64,000 nt of DNA from Eledone cirrhosa (GCA_964016885.1 OZ024743.1:107818001-107882000), one strand, 5' to 3'. Counted from the first letter of the stretch, positions 29,088-43,111 are shown. Notes: a model not told the origin generated them from the sequence alone. Program-made: numbers and translations.

Positions 29088-29430
29088 TGTTTCTACTTTT
29101 GGCACAAGTCCAACAATTACCCGGTTCCATTACTGGTACTTTATTTTATCGACCTTGTAAGGATGAAAGGCAAAGTTAACCTCGGCGGGATTTGAACTCA
29201 GAATGGCAAGGGCCGTAACTCTATGCGTCAAAGCATGGCGTCCGACTCTCTACCGATACTGCCAATCCACCGCCTAATCCACCGCCCAATCCATCGCTGT
29301 TAATAATTGTTTCTAGGTTAGGCACAAGGCCAGCAATTACCCAGTACATTACTTGTACTTTATTTTATCGACCCCGTAAGGATGAAAGGGACGTAACTCT
29401 ATGCTTCAAATCATGGTGTCCGACTCTCTA
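29088..29430 (-). mobile_element. Two tandem copies of the same SINE (29088-29291, 29308-29430) separated by a triplicated target site
   Basis: Reverse complement of the SINE core; catcgctgttaataat at 29072, 29292 and 29431. Confidence 0.85.
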
Positions 29431-29948
29431 CATCGCTGTTAATAATGCCTTGGTTTTTGTCGTAATTCTTAATATCATTGTATTGTTACAGTCATTGTTG
29501 TCGTAGTTGTTTTTGTTTCTATTGCAATTATTGTGATCGTAAATGTTGATGTCACTGTTGTTGTTGCTGCTGTTGTTGCTGCTGTTGTCGACGCCTCATC
29601 AGAAAGTTATTGGTCTGATTGTCGTCGTTCTTGTTGCTAGTGTCGTTATTGCTGTTGCTATTGGCGTCAATGGCATCGATGTTGCTGTTGTTCATGTTAT
29701 CGTTGACGTCGGTGGGTGTTGATATAGTAGACGTTGTCATTTTGTTGTTCGTGTTATAGTCAAAATTGTTTTTACATTATATTTTCATCGCTATTGTCAG
29801 TCGTCGTCGTCGTCTTCATCGTCGTCGATGTCGCTGTTTTGATATTCTGGCTCTGGTTGCTCTCCTTCTTCTCGTCTCCGTCTTTCGTTTCCTCATTCCT
29901 TCCCTTCCATCGTCTACCATATTATCCTTTCGCCTTTCCCTATATGTG

Positions 29949-30051
<103 letters not shown>

Positions 30052-30071
30052 ATGTATGTGTGAGTATATTT

Positions 30072-30201
<130 letters not shown>

Positions 30202-30417
30202 TGAGAGAGAGAGAGAGAGAGAGAGATAAATATACACGGGTGTGTATGATTGTGTATAGAAGATTATATTAATAAGAGGAATTCCAACTTTGTCTGATTT
30301 ACTCGTTTTATTTACAATCCTATAAAATTTATAATGGTATTATAATGAAATAGTATGATAGAATATTAAATGTTAAGTGTTAATGTCGATATTGCATATA
30401 TATATATATATATACAC

Positions 30418-30462
<45 letters not shown>

Positions 30463-30945
30463 CTAATATATATATATATACATATATTGATAGATAGATA
30501 GATAGATACGTAATCAGTGATACACACGTGAACACACACAACCATATATGTGTGTTTATATATATATGTATGGGGGGGGGCGTGTGTGTGTGTGTGTACG
30601 TGTGTATGTATGTCATACATAAATATACAAATATATACATACAGAACAGGAAAATTACCCTAGGGCCAATATGGCCCCTATCTATGTCCAGTAGTATTCT
30701 CAGAAAAACACTCTCAAAATATTTCCTATATCAGTTACGTGAATTGCTATTTATCTATCCATCTAAATATTACATTATTATTCTTGTTGTTGTTATTTTC
30801 TTATTATTATTTTTGTTATTCTTCATTGTAGCTTTGTTGATTTCGACACTTTTTACTCGATTAAACCATACTTTGGGTTGTAATTCATTCTTGTATTGTT
30901 CTTCAATGTTTTGTGACCTTGCGGCCAATAAAAAAAAAAATCATC

Positions 30946-31040
<95 letters not shown>

Positions 31041-31621
31041 CTTAAGAGACGAAGTCGCTCTCCTTCCCTTAGGCACCACCAGTAGTTGGAATGAAGGGAC
31101 GCTTTTGTCAATATTACTGTCGAAGTTATTGTTATTGTTGTCTGTGTTGTTGTTATTATTTTTTGTTATTGGCCATTATTGTTGTTCCTGCTGATGCTGT
31201 TCTAGTTCGTTGTTATTCACATTGTTGTCAACTTCGTGCTCTTTGTTATGGTTGTCGTGGTTGCCATATTTTTTGTTGATTTTGTTGTTGTTGTTGTTGG
31301 TAGGGGCGGTTTTCTTCGTGTTGTTGTTACTGCTGTTATAGTTGTTGTTACTATTGTTGTGGATTTTGATTGCCGTCAGGTAAAAAGAAACATGCAACTG
31401 ACCCTGTCTCTGTCATCGGCCAATTTCGGCATAGAGGGCCCCACTTAAGGACTGTCACATGTTCTCTTCTCATACGTTCATTCACTCAGTTGCCATCGTT
31501 ACCGGCAGCTTCCTCTTCGTTAAACAACGAAACACTCCCTCACTTCCAGCCCACTACATAACCCGGAAAAGAATGAGACAATGGATAAGAGAGAGCAAGA
31601 TAAACAGGGTGGAATTAGAGT

Positions 31622-31707
<86 letters not shown>

Positions 31708-31823
31708 GTGAGAGAGAGTGTGTGAGAGGGAAAGAAAATAAGAAACAGAGTTTACTGCTTTTAAACAGTTTTATCTCACACTTACACGCATACATGCACA
31801 TATGTGTATATATATATATGTAT

Positions 31824-31978
<155 letters not shown>

Positions 31979-33926
31979 TATGTGTGTGTGTGTGTGTTTA
32001 TACGTGTGTATGTGTATCATATATTTGATCAATGGAACACCCTGTATGTGAAATTAAAGTCTATGTGATTTCAAAGTCACGTGCACCCATGTTTAACCAG
32101 TTTAGGTATTTCAATAACAGATGCAACTCTGATTTGCCAGATGAGTGAAATGGAATAACGTGAATACAGTATCATGCTCAAGGACAGAACGCATGGTCGG
32201 GAATCTATCTCGTTCGCTCAAAACCCTAACCAAAAGCATATTTAATTATCGTCGATTGCCGTCAAATTAGGTTTCACGTTAGAGCGCTTAGTATTCATCG
32301 GAGTTACGAACAATATATGTTATACCTAAAAATACCTAAGGAAAGGACCAAACTGTAAGATAATACACATCTTACATACCATGCAAAAAGAAGTACTTTA
32401 AGGAACTGCCATCACATTCAATGATGTCTTTAGTTATTCAATCATGTGACAGCCTGCTACTGAAACTAACATACACGTGGCTGCGCATTTCACAGGCACA
32501 CATATCCCTAACCTAATTCTTTAGAAGACTCAGCGTAAAAACTATGTGTTACAAGGCTGGCAATTGGAGTTACAAATGCAGTCCATCTAATCAGCTTTCC
32601 AATAGTTTCTGTCTATCCAATGCATGGGTCGCCCCAAAATGATGGTGTATTACACTAGCCCAAGATACCAAGCTGTCATATCGAACCCGAGACTTAATTG
32701 TTCCGAAACGAATTCTTTCTCCATCAAGTCTTACTGCGTCGACTAAAAAAAATTACCAATGTAGATATTACTAAAGCACTTAGAACAGCATTAAAATTGC
32801 TTTGACCATTTATTAGTGCTTTTATATACACACACATTTACAACAATACTTGCAGACACACATATACATGAGCATACTTGTACAGAAACATGCACACATC
32901 CATAAACACGCTTGTACAGAAACAAACACACACATACCATGGAGATATCCGATTTACTGCTGATGACAGAGCAGTTCCTACTTATGTTTAAATATATACA
33001 TATATATCAATTTGAAAACATGTGCAGTGTGGCTGATATGAGACAAAATGAATAAAAGGAGATGAGAGAAGACAACGGACGACGAACGAAATACAGGATT
33101 GTCCATTCTCATCAGTCGTCTGCTGAAGTTCCTCATGGTTTCGGCATTTTAAAGCCGATAGTAATACCTCCAGTGCATGTATATATGAGTGTGTATGTGT
33201 GTGATTGTGTGTGCATATGTGTTTATGTATCTATGTTCTTCTGGGTTTATTTTATTTTAAATTTATGCACATAGGGATGGGGTGCTGCCATCGAACTCAA
33301 ATTTAAACAACATCAAATAGGTAATTATGACATGTCTATCTCTATGTATTTGTATCTGTGTGCAGGTATAGATGGAAAAGTATCTCGAGGAAATTAGACT
33401 ATTATACTATTATACAATAGACGCCGGACCACACTGTCTCTCTTCCTCTATACTCTCGTTTTTACCTTTTCTACATCTTCGTGTCATTTTTTTTGTCTGT
33501 ATGTTGTTCTGTAGTCCATATTATTTTTTGGGGGTTTTCTATTTCTGTCCTTTCTATATTTTTCTCTTTTGTGTAAGTCCTCAGGCATTATTTTCTCCCT
33601 CTTTTTTCAATTGACGCACTTTGGATACTTTTTCATCTTATTCCTGTAATTCGCCGAAAGGCGTAACTTGTCCTGCCTTTGTCTTTTCCTGTTTTGTTCA
33701 GTACCAATGTGCACAGGAATGAACGGTCAAAATCTTAAAAAGACGAAAACCGAAGTGTTTTCGAGAGATTGCCTGAAAAGATGGAACTGTCTGTTACTGT
33801 CATTGTTTTTCCACTGCTTTTGTTTTATGTGACCCTATTCTGAATATATATGTATATATATTTATATATATGTATTATATATAATATATATATATATGTA
33901 TATATATATGTGCGTGTGTGTACACA

Positions 33927-34115
<189 letters not shown>

Positions 34116-34222
34116 ATAATAATAAATTTGAAGACTAAAATCCAAAGAGGGCTCGATAAGGATAAATATATATCAAATATATAAGAACCGTAGAGCAAAT
34201 ATTTATTAAAATAACAGATTAA

Positions 34223-34273
34223 AGTTTAAGCAAATAATCGCTGCTTTCACCCTTAACGGGATCTTCTGAAACT
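34223..34273 (-). ncRNA. Type I hammerhead fold (core CAGAAGA)
   Basis: Reverse complement: AGTTT-CAGAAGA-TCCCGTTAAGGGT-GAAA-GCA..TGC-TT-AAACT. Confidence 0.65.
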
Positions 34274-35396
34274 AACAAAGTCAATCTGTAAACGCAGAAC
34301 TGGATATTTCAAAAAACGTTGCAACCAGAGGAAGACAGGAAGACGATACTTTGGTTCGTGGAAACGTTCGCTGGCAAAGAACGGGAAAAAACGAATAATA
34401 CGTCATTAATAGGAGCGGTGAAAAACAATTACGCGCAAAGACAGAACCACGTTTATGGTATAAAAGAGGTCGTAGATTAATGTTTTCTTAGGTGGTGCAT
34501 AGAGACGTTCTCTGGCAATGAACGAAAAAACGAAGATAATACGTCATATGTGGTGCGTGGAGAACACTAGCAAGCAAAGACAAAACCACGTAAATAGTAT
34601 AGCAGAAGTCGTAGACTAAAATTCTAACTAGGAGACCAAATGAATCTCCGCTACAGAGTTAAGAACAAAGTAAATAAATACAATACAGAAGTAATAGAAA
34701 TAAATAAATGCATACACGCAAAAAAAATACGTACATACACAAGCATACGCAAAACCTTACCATAGGTATACAAAACCACGCACATATAAATGTGTGTGTG
34801 TGTATGCGTGTATACAAATAACAAATTATATAAACGTATATAAATAAATAAATACGTATATAACAAGCGCACACACATACCTACATATAAATACACGAAT
34901 GTTCGGAGACGTAAGTCAACTAAAACAAGAAGTACACATATACACACACCTACCGTACGTACGAACCTACATACTCACACAGACGCAAAACTCCCATATA
35001 CACATAGCCAAACCCTATGTACTAGAAAATATAAAATTATATGCCAAAACAATCAAATATACGTACGAGAAGTAATACGTACCTTCACAAAACATACGGG
35101 TAATATATACTTACGCTCCACATATGACGTATTATCTTCGTTTTTTCGTTCATTGCCAGAGAACGTCTCTATGCACCACCTAAGAGAACATTAGTCTACG
35201 ACCTCTTTTATACCATAAACGTGGTTCTGTCTTTGCGCGTAATTGTTTTCACCGCTCCTATTAATGACGTATTATTCGTTTTTTCCCGTTCTTTGCCAGG
35301 GAACGTTTCTACGAACCAAAGTATCGTCTTCCTGTCTTCCTCCGGTTGCAACGTTTTTTGAAATATCCAGTTCTGCGTTTACAGATTGACTTTGTT

Positions 35397-35447
35397 AGTT
35401 TCAGAAGATCCCGTTAAGGGTGAAAGCAGCGATTCTTTGCTTAAACT
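35397..35447 (+). ncRNA. Type I hammerhead fold (core CAGAAGA, U4->A)
   Basis: Stem I AGTTT/AAACT, stem II CCC/GGG, GAAA, stem III AGCA/TGCT, CUU cleavage triplet. Confidence 0.65.
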
Positions 35448-35463
35448 TTAATCTGTTATTTTA

Positions 35464-35513
<50 letters not shown>

Positions 35514-36431
35514 CTGGAATGTTTTACATATTTTAAAACTCCATTAAGTGTCAATATTTGTAAAATTCTCATTGGCCGTATGTATGAATGTATGTATGCC
35601 TGTATGAAACCATGTATTCACATATGTATGCCTGTATATATATATATATATGTGTGTGTATAGATGTATTGAAGTATATATGTATATATGAGATGGTGGA
35701 TTTAAACAAAATTCAGATGGAATATGCGAAGTAGTTTTAATACTTACCAAGACTATAAAACTTAAAGCAATCAAATAACTTTAAATTAGCTAAATTTCTT
35801 AAATGGAATTAGATTAAAATATCAAATTAATCAACGTGATTAAAAACTTAAGATGCTAATTAAGAACTAATATGCTTCGTATATGTTGAGTTCATATTTA
35901 AAGTGAATAATGTTATGTTGGGTATATTTATAGCAATGGGTGGTTGTTAATTGTAAACGATTTTGTATTAACCCCAAAACGTTACTGAATAGGGAGAGCA
36001 TTCCAATACCCCATGTGTTTTGGGGAGGGAGGTTTATATGCCCGAACAGTAAGAAAATTTGAGAATATTACAGATTAATTATTGTCCATGTGCACTTAAC
36101 CACAGGTGTAGTCGTAGGGACGGTGTCTTGGTAATTACTTATAAATACCTAACGGAGCACACGACTCTCTACTTTGACAATTGCAAATTGCTTCCTGAGA
36201 AACAAACTGAGAAAGTGACAGAAAAGAAAGGGAGATTGAGATAAAAAGGAAGAATAAACCACAGTGCTCGACTGGTACTTTATTTTAATCGACGTCGAAA
36301 GGATGACGAACAGAGTATTCTATCCGCCTTTCTAACGAGTATATTAATTCGGCACCTACCTACCTGATGATTGAAACTGGCTCTCATTCACTTTAATAGA
36401 TGCTGTTGAATCTTTCTCGATTCCGAAGAAA

Positions 36432-36920
<489 letters not shown>

Positions 36921-36982
36921 CGTAAAATAAGAAAATTTTTAAAAAACATTTAAAAAAATTAACTTACTTACTTAAATTTTCA

Positions 36983-37062
36983 CTCCAACTAATTAGTTTC
37001 TGCAATGGGATAAAGACAGTTACGTAATGAACTGTTGAGAATTTCATTGCGTCATCAGGGAG
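36983..37062 (-). ncRNA. Type I hammerhead ribozyme, copy 1
   Basis: Reverse complement: CTCC-CTGATGA-CGCAATG...CATTGCA-GAAA-CTAATTAG-TT-GGAG. Confidence 0.78.
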
Positions 37063-37534
37063 ATCTATTCTCAGCCAAGTCTCCAGGCAATGCGCGGACA
37101 CTGGGGACTCATATAAAAATAATAATAATTCGGTAAATGGAACAGCTATCGAGGACTGGATTCCAGGTACTGAAAATTCTCACTGCCACTGGTCATATGG
37201 CCGATTCTAAAGAATCAATCACGTGACACAGAGGCTAGTCAGTAGGAATGGGATGGTAAGATGACATATGCCTACTAACACCCCCAAAAAATTTAGAAGT
37301 GGTTTTGGCAGGTTTGCTCGACAAATCAGTGATTAGGAGATAAATATAGATAATTTAATATATCTACTAACATAAGCGCACAGATGTACGCTAATGCCAG
37401 CAAATACACAGGTTATGTCATAGTACCTAGGTGGTTCAATGCAGGAGGATGCAGAATAATAATATAAAAGACGTAAAATAAGAAAATTTTTTAAAAAAAT
37501 TTTTAAAAAATTAACTTACTTACTTAAATTTTCA

Positions 37535-37614
37535 CTCCAACTAATTAGTTTCTGCAATGGGATAAAGACAGTTACGTAATGAACTGTTGAGAATTTCATT
37601 GCATCATCAGGGAG
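37535..37614 (-). ncRNA. Type I hammerhead ribozyme, copy 2 (fully paired stem II)
   Basis: Reverse complement: CTCC-CTGATGA-TGCAATG...CATTGCA-GAAA-CTAATTAG-TT-GGAG; intact core, palindromic stem III, GUU triplet. Confidence 0.82.
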
Positions 37615-38004
37615 ATCTATTCTCAGCCAAGTCTCCAGGCAATGCGCGGACACTGGGGACTCATATAAAAATAATAATAATTCGGTAAATGGAACAGGTA
37701 TCGAGGACTGGATTCCAGGTACTGAAAATTCTCACTGCCACTGGTCATATGGCCGATTCTAAAGAATCAATCACGTGACACAGAGGCTAGTCAGTAGGAA
37801 TGGGATGGTAAGATGACAGACGCCTACTAACACCCCCTAAAAATTTAGTTGATTCTTTAGAATCGGCCATATGACCAGTGGCAGTGAGAATTTTCAGTGC
37901 CTGGAATCCAGTCCTCGATAGCTGTTCCATTTACCGAATTATTATTATTTTTATATGAGTCCCCAGTGTCCGCGCATTGCCTGGAGACTTGGCTGAGAAT
38001 AGAT

Positions 38005-38084
38005 CTCCCTGATGACGCAATGAAATTCTCAACAGTTCATTACGTAGCTGTCTTTATCCCATTGCAGAAACTAATTAGTTGGAG
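38005..38084 (+). ncRNA. Type I hammerhead ribozyme, copy 3
   Basis: CTCC (38005-08), CTGATGA (38009-15), GAAA (38067-70), CTAATTAGTT, GGAG (38081-84); predicted cleavage after 38080. Confidence 0.78.
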
Positions 38085-38265
38085 TGAAAATTTAAGTAAG
38101 TTAATTTTTTTTTTATTTTTTTTTTTAAGTTTTCTTATTTTACGTCTTTTATATTATTGTTCTGCATCCTCCTGCATTGAACCACCTAGGTACTATGACA
38201 TAACCTGTGTATTTGCTGGCATTAGCGTACATCTGTGCGCTTATGTTAGTAGATATATTAAATTA

Positions 38266-38323
<58 letters not shown>

Positions 38324-38492
38324 AATATATATATATATATAAAAAAGAAATAGGATTTCGCTTCAAGCGTAGCTTTATACAATATGTATAAATATTTCGT
38401 ATCTCCAAGGAAATACGGTTTTAGGAAGCCGTAGCTATGCAAACACCAGGGGGCTAACGCCCTCTGGTGATGTCCAGCAGAAGCAAGGGGAC

Positions 38493-38538
38493 AACCGTCT
38501 ATGCATTTCAAGCTTAACTGGCCTTCGCAAGGACGGTC
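38493..38538 (-). ncRNA. Minimal type I hammerhead (mutated core CTTGCGA)
   Basis: Reverse complement: GACCGTC-CTTGCGA-AGGCCAGTTAAGCTT-GAA-ATGCAT-A-GACGGTT; palindromic stem III ATGCAT. Confidence 0.68.
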
Positions 38539-38766
38539 CATCCCAGCGCTTGCGACTGCTGGACTAGAAGACAGGCGTGAATACGAAATATTTATACATA
38601 TTTTATAAAGCTATCCTTGAAGCGCAATCCTATTTCTTTTCTATTATAAGTTGAGCCAACTTATGCAGCTTCATATGCAAATGAGATTAATCACCTAATT
38701 TACACAGACGAGAAATGTATATATTCTCGCCTGTCTTCTAGTTCAGCAGTGGCAAGCGGTGGGAGG

Positions 38767-38811
38767 GACCGTCCGGACGAAGGCCAGCTAGCCTGAAATA
38801 CATAGACGGTT
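38767..38811 (+). ncRNA. Minimal type I hammerhead (mutated core CGGACGA)
   Basis: GACCGTC-CGGACGA-AGGC cagcta GCCT-GAAA-TACATA-GACGGTT: 6-7-bp stem I and 4-bp stem II. Confidence 0.7.
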
Positions 38812-39545
38812 GTCCCCCTTGCCATTGCTAGACATCACCAGAGGGCGTTAGCCCCTCGGTGTTTGCATAGCTACGGCTTCCTAAAATCGTATTTCCTTGG
38901 AGATACGAAATATTTATACATATATATATAGATATTATATATAAATATATATATAAATATAATCAAGGTTTAGCAAATAGAGAAAAAGTTTTAAAATAAA
39001 TTCTAAAAAGTTTACTGTACCTACTATATTTACCCTTACCGCGCGGTTTCAAGTCTCAAATAAATGGATAATCCATGCGGAAATACATTGAGAAGAAGAC
39101 TTTTGTCAGAGGGTTCTTCTCACTCGGAGAATATAAAATTCCCGAGTTCAAATCACGAACTGGCGCCATACAGAACTGTTCCCCGATGAGAGTGTATGAT
39201 GAAGAAACAATCTTGTCTAGTGTCGTGTGTAAAGTTAGAAGGCAGGGGCGGAAAGGTCAATGTACTGCCACTAGAAATAGCAGCAGTTAAAACGAAACAA
39301 AATGTTATTTCGACCAGGGGAGATTAATCATAATAAAGTATGTTTTCCTACATGCAAAAAATGGATATATATATATAGAGAGAGAGAGATATGTGTGTGT
39401 GTATGTACATACATATGTATACGCATATATTGGAAAGGCTTGCTGAATACATGTCAAAACTGCTTGACCTCACATTCAGGATTTTACCTCTCCCCCTCTC
39501 CTTCTCTCTCTCACTCTCTCTCTCTCTCTCTCTCTCCCTCTATAC

Positions 39546-39577
<32 letters not shown>

Positions 39578-39587
39578 ATGTGTGTGT

Positions 39588-39636
<49 letters not shown>

Positions 39637-39810
39637 TGTGTGTGTATAAAGGTATAAAGTAAACAGAAATAACAAGCTAAATGGGAGGGATCATTGTAGG
39701 AATATATTAGTTTAATGCTTGAGTTAACAGGAAAACATTGTTACCGTTTCGGACTCGTATTCATCAAAAGACAAAATTAGAAAAACGAAGACGAAAAAGT
39801 AAGATAAATA

Positions 39811-39887
<77 letters not shown>

Positions 39888-39917
39888 GTATGTTTTGAAA
39901 CAGTGAGCAGGTTTGAA

Positions 39918-40373
<456 letters not shown>

Positions 40374-40571
40374 TGAATACGAACGTGGGTTTTTTTCTCA
40401 CAGTGTCCCCGTTCCTTCCTCTCGTAACTCTTTACATTCTATTTATCTTCTATATGAACGACTTGTGTCTAAAACGTTAATATTCTGTTCCTAATGTTTC
40501 AAGCGTTAAACTAATATATTTCTTCCATATACCGTGCGGTTGGTTTGGTTAGTTTTTGCTATAATTTTTAC

Positions 40572-40602
<31 letters not shown>

Positions 40603-41001
40603 AAGGGGAGAGATAAAAGAACTTATATAGCTTGTTTATAAGAGATAGACTAGTAGACATATAGATATACTTATTTCAATATGTAGTGTCAACATTTTAT
40701 ATTTCATTTTATTTTCCTCCAGTTATTTCTATATGTAACATTTCATCATGGTCACCTTTCATAAATATTTTATTGGCTTATTTTTTATGGATATCAATTT
40801 TGTGTGTGTGTGTGATTGTGTGTAAGTTGTGCCGGTTTGTATGTGTGTGTAGATGTGTGTCTGTTGCGAAATCCAACACCGACGTGTGCACACACGTAGC
40901 AGCAAAAACACACGCATACATACCTATATCCATACATACACATAACATGATACGTACTCATTCATACACACACACGACTCTCTCTCTCAAACACATTCGC
41001 C

Positions 41002-41076
<75 letters not shown>

Positions 41077-41130
41077 ATTCATATGTGTGTGTGTGTGTTT
41101 GTCTGTGTGTGCGTATATACGTATATATAA

Positions 41131-41186
<56 letters not shown>

Positions 41187-42104
41187 TTCTGTGTGTGTGT
41201 GTATTTATATATATATATGTGCGTGTGTCTCTGGATGCATCTGTGCCTAAGTATGAGCGTGTGTGAGCGCACGTGTGTTGTTAGTGTGTTTGTATGTAAT
41301 GGTGTTTGTGCTGCGCATGTCTTTATATCTGTGTATGAATATGTTATTGTTTTTATTGTTGATATTGTTTTTGTTGTTGTTGTTGTTGTTAATGATGATG
41401 TTGCTGTTGTTGTTTATGGTGTCTGCTTCGCTGTGTATACGATATATAGCGATTGCACGTAAACGTCTTTAATGGCGTGTTTCGGTGTAAGATGAAAGGA
41501 CGGGAAATGTGGGTGTGTACCATGAAAATAAAACGAAGATCAAAAGGTTACTAATTAAACTAAAATCAAGCGTGGGTAGGGGATGGGATTAAAGTTTGTA
41601 GTGAAGGTAACTGCAGAGAGAGGGACTTCCAAATAGATTAGTTTTACTACCAAACTACTAAACATATATACATATACATACACATATATTTACATACATC
41701 CACACAGACATACAATCACAAACGCACACAAACACATTCATTCAATACGAAGCTACTAAGCATACAAAATCACATACTTTCACTCCTTTACAGACGCTCA
41801 CAAATACACAGTCATCCACACTTAGTAACATATTAGCATTATTAGTAAACTACGAAACTTACATAAAACATCCATACACACATCCATACACACATCCATA
41901 CACTCTCATATACGCATGCGCTCACAGAGACACATTCACACAAACACATATAAACTAACCCAGACACATACATTCACTACCAAACTACTGAGATTACATT
42001 CACACATTAACACACGCGCATACTCACAGTTAACAAGCTACTCAGTATATATACACACACATACACACGTATACATACACATAGGCGCAGTCACATATAC
42101 TCGT

Positions 42105-42143
<39 letters not shown>

Positions 42144-42146
<3 letters not shown>

Positions 42147-42325
42147 GGAGTAAGTAAGACCCCGACGGCTGAGCTCAAGCCGTTTCGACGGCTAATTCTG
42201 TACGTCGAAACGGCTTGAGCTCAGCCGTCGGGGTCTTACTTACTCCTATTACCCACTCTACTACGCTAAGTATTGAGTACTTTGGTGCGTTATGGTCCAC
42301 CTGGTTCCTTACCACTTTTCCCTCG

Positions 42326-42326
<1 letters not shown>
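42144..42326. mobile_element. Short insert in (TA)n with a perfect 47-bp palindrome containing the 3' half of a hammerhead
   Basis: Arms 42144-42190 and 42203-42249 are exact. The right arm reads GAAACGGCT-tgagctc-AGCCGTC-GGGGTC (GAAA, stem III, GUC). Confidence 0.8.
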
Positions 42327-42423
<97 letters not shown>

Positions 42424-42995
42424 ACAGGAAGCTGGACTGGTATAAATCCTTGAAAGGTTTATTATACTATGATCATTTCAATGACCGGGTTCCATATGAA
42501 TCCGGTGATATCATCAGGTATTGGAATATAACAAAGGAATATGTAAAAAACCATGGGTCCGAAAAATCAGAGACAAAGAGGACGACTGACCAACTAGCTG
42601 CCTTCACCTCTGCCAGTCGCCCTCAAAGTGATGGCAACTGAATCTACTAATGACCATCAGGTGATGGTGCGAAGGCTTATGATGCACTACCACCTCTCCG
42701 TCAAAGAAAAATGGAAAGAAAGAAAGAAAGGAAGAAAGAAGAAAAAAAGGAAGGAAGAAGTCAGCGTAAGGGTCACTCTACATTCATGCTAGACAATGCC
42801 GCGAAAAATGCTACTCCAAAGAATCTATATTTAAAAATAATTAACTCCGTATTTGTACCACCAACTACACAAACGAAGACGGGTGAAATGCACTACGTTG
42901 AGTACTCGCCACAATATTACACCAAGATTGACCATATGGAATGACCAATTCTTTCCAGTGGTGAACCAACAAACCTAAAGATATATATATATATA

Positions 42996-43049
<54 letters not shown>

Positions 43050-43076
43050 TTTAAGTGTACATATATGTATGTGTGT

Positions 43077-43111
<35 letters not shown>

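Larger units (their letters stand above)
34199..35471. mobile_element. Fold-back element: ~360-bp inverted arms (34199-34558 / 35113-35471), each with a hammerhead; right end on (TA)n
   Basis: Arms are reverse complements with scattered substitutions; internal ~142-bp tandem duplication (34362/34504). Confidence 0.88.
36915..38272. mobile_element. Hammerhead-bearing tandem + inverted element (monomer ~552 bp) bounded by (TA)n
   Basis: Direct copies start at 36915 and 37466. 37849-38272 is the reverse complement of 37344-37770. Three HHRs are present and no coding potential was recognised. Confidence 0.9.
38343..38922. mobile_element. Second hammerhead-bearing fold-back element (monomer 322 bp) bounded by (TA)n
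   Basis: 38383-38583 is the reverse complement of 38722-38922, and 38343-38402 is the reverse complement of 38581-38640. atacgaaatatttatacata is repeated at 38581 and 38903. Confidence 0.88.

Noticed and set aside
36364-36382. CTGATGA-TT-GAAAC as a hammerhead
   Set aside because: The core boxes are present, but there is no stem II and no supportable stem I or III pairing.
37897-38391. 164-aa ORF in the hammerhead element
   Set aside because: There is no recognisable motif, it runs into (TA)n, and A/T-run indels between copies break the frame.
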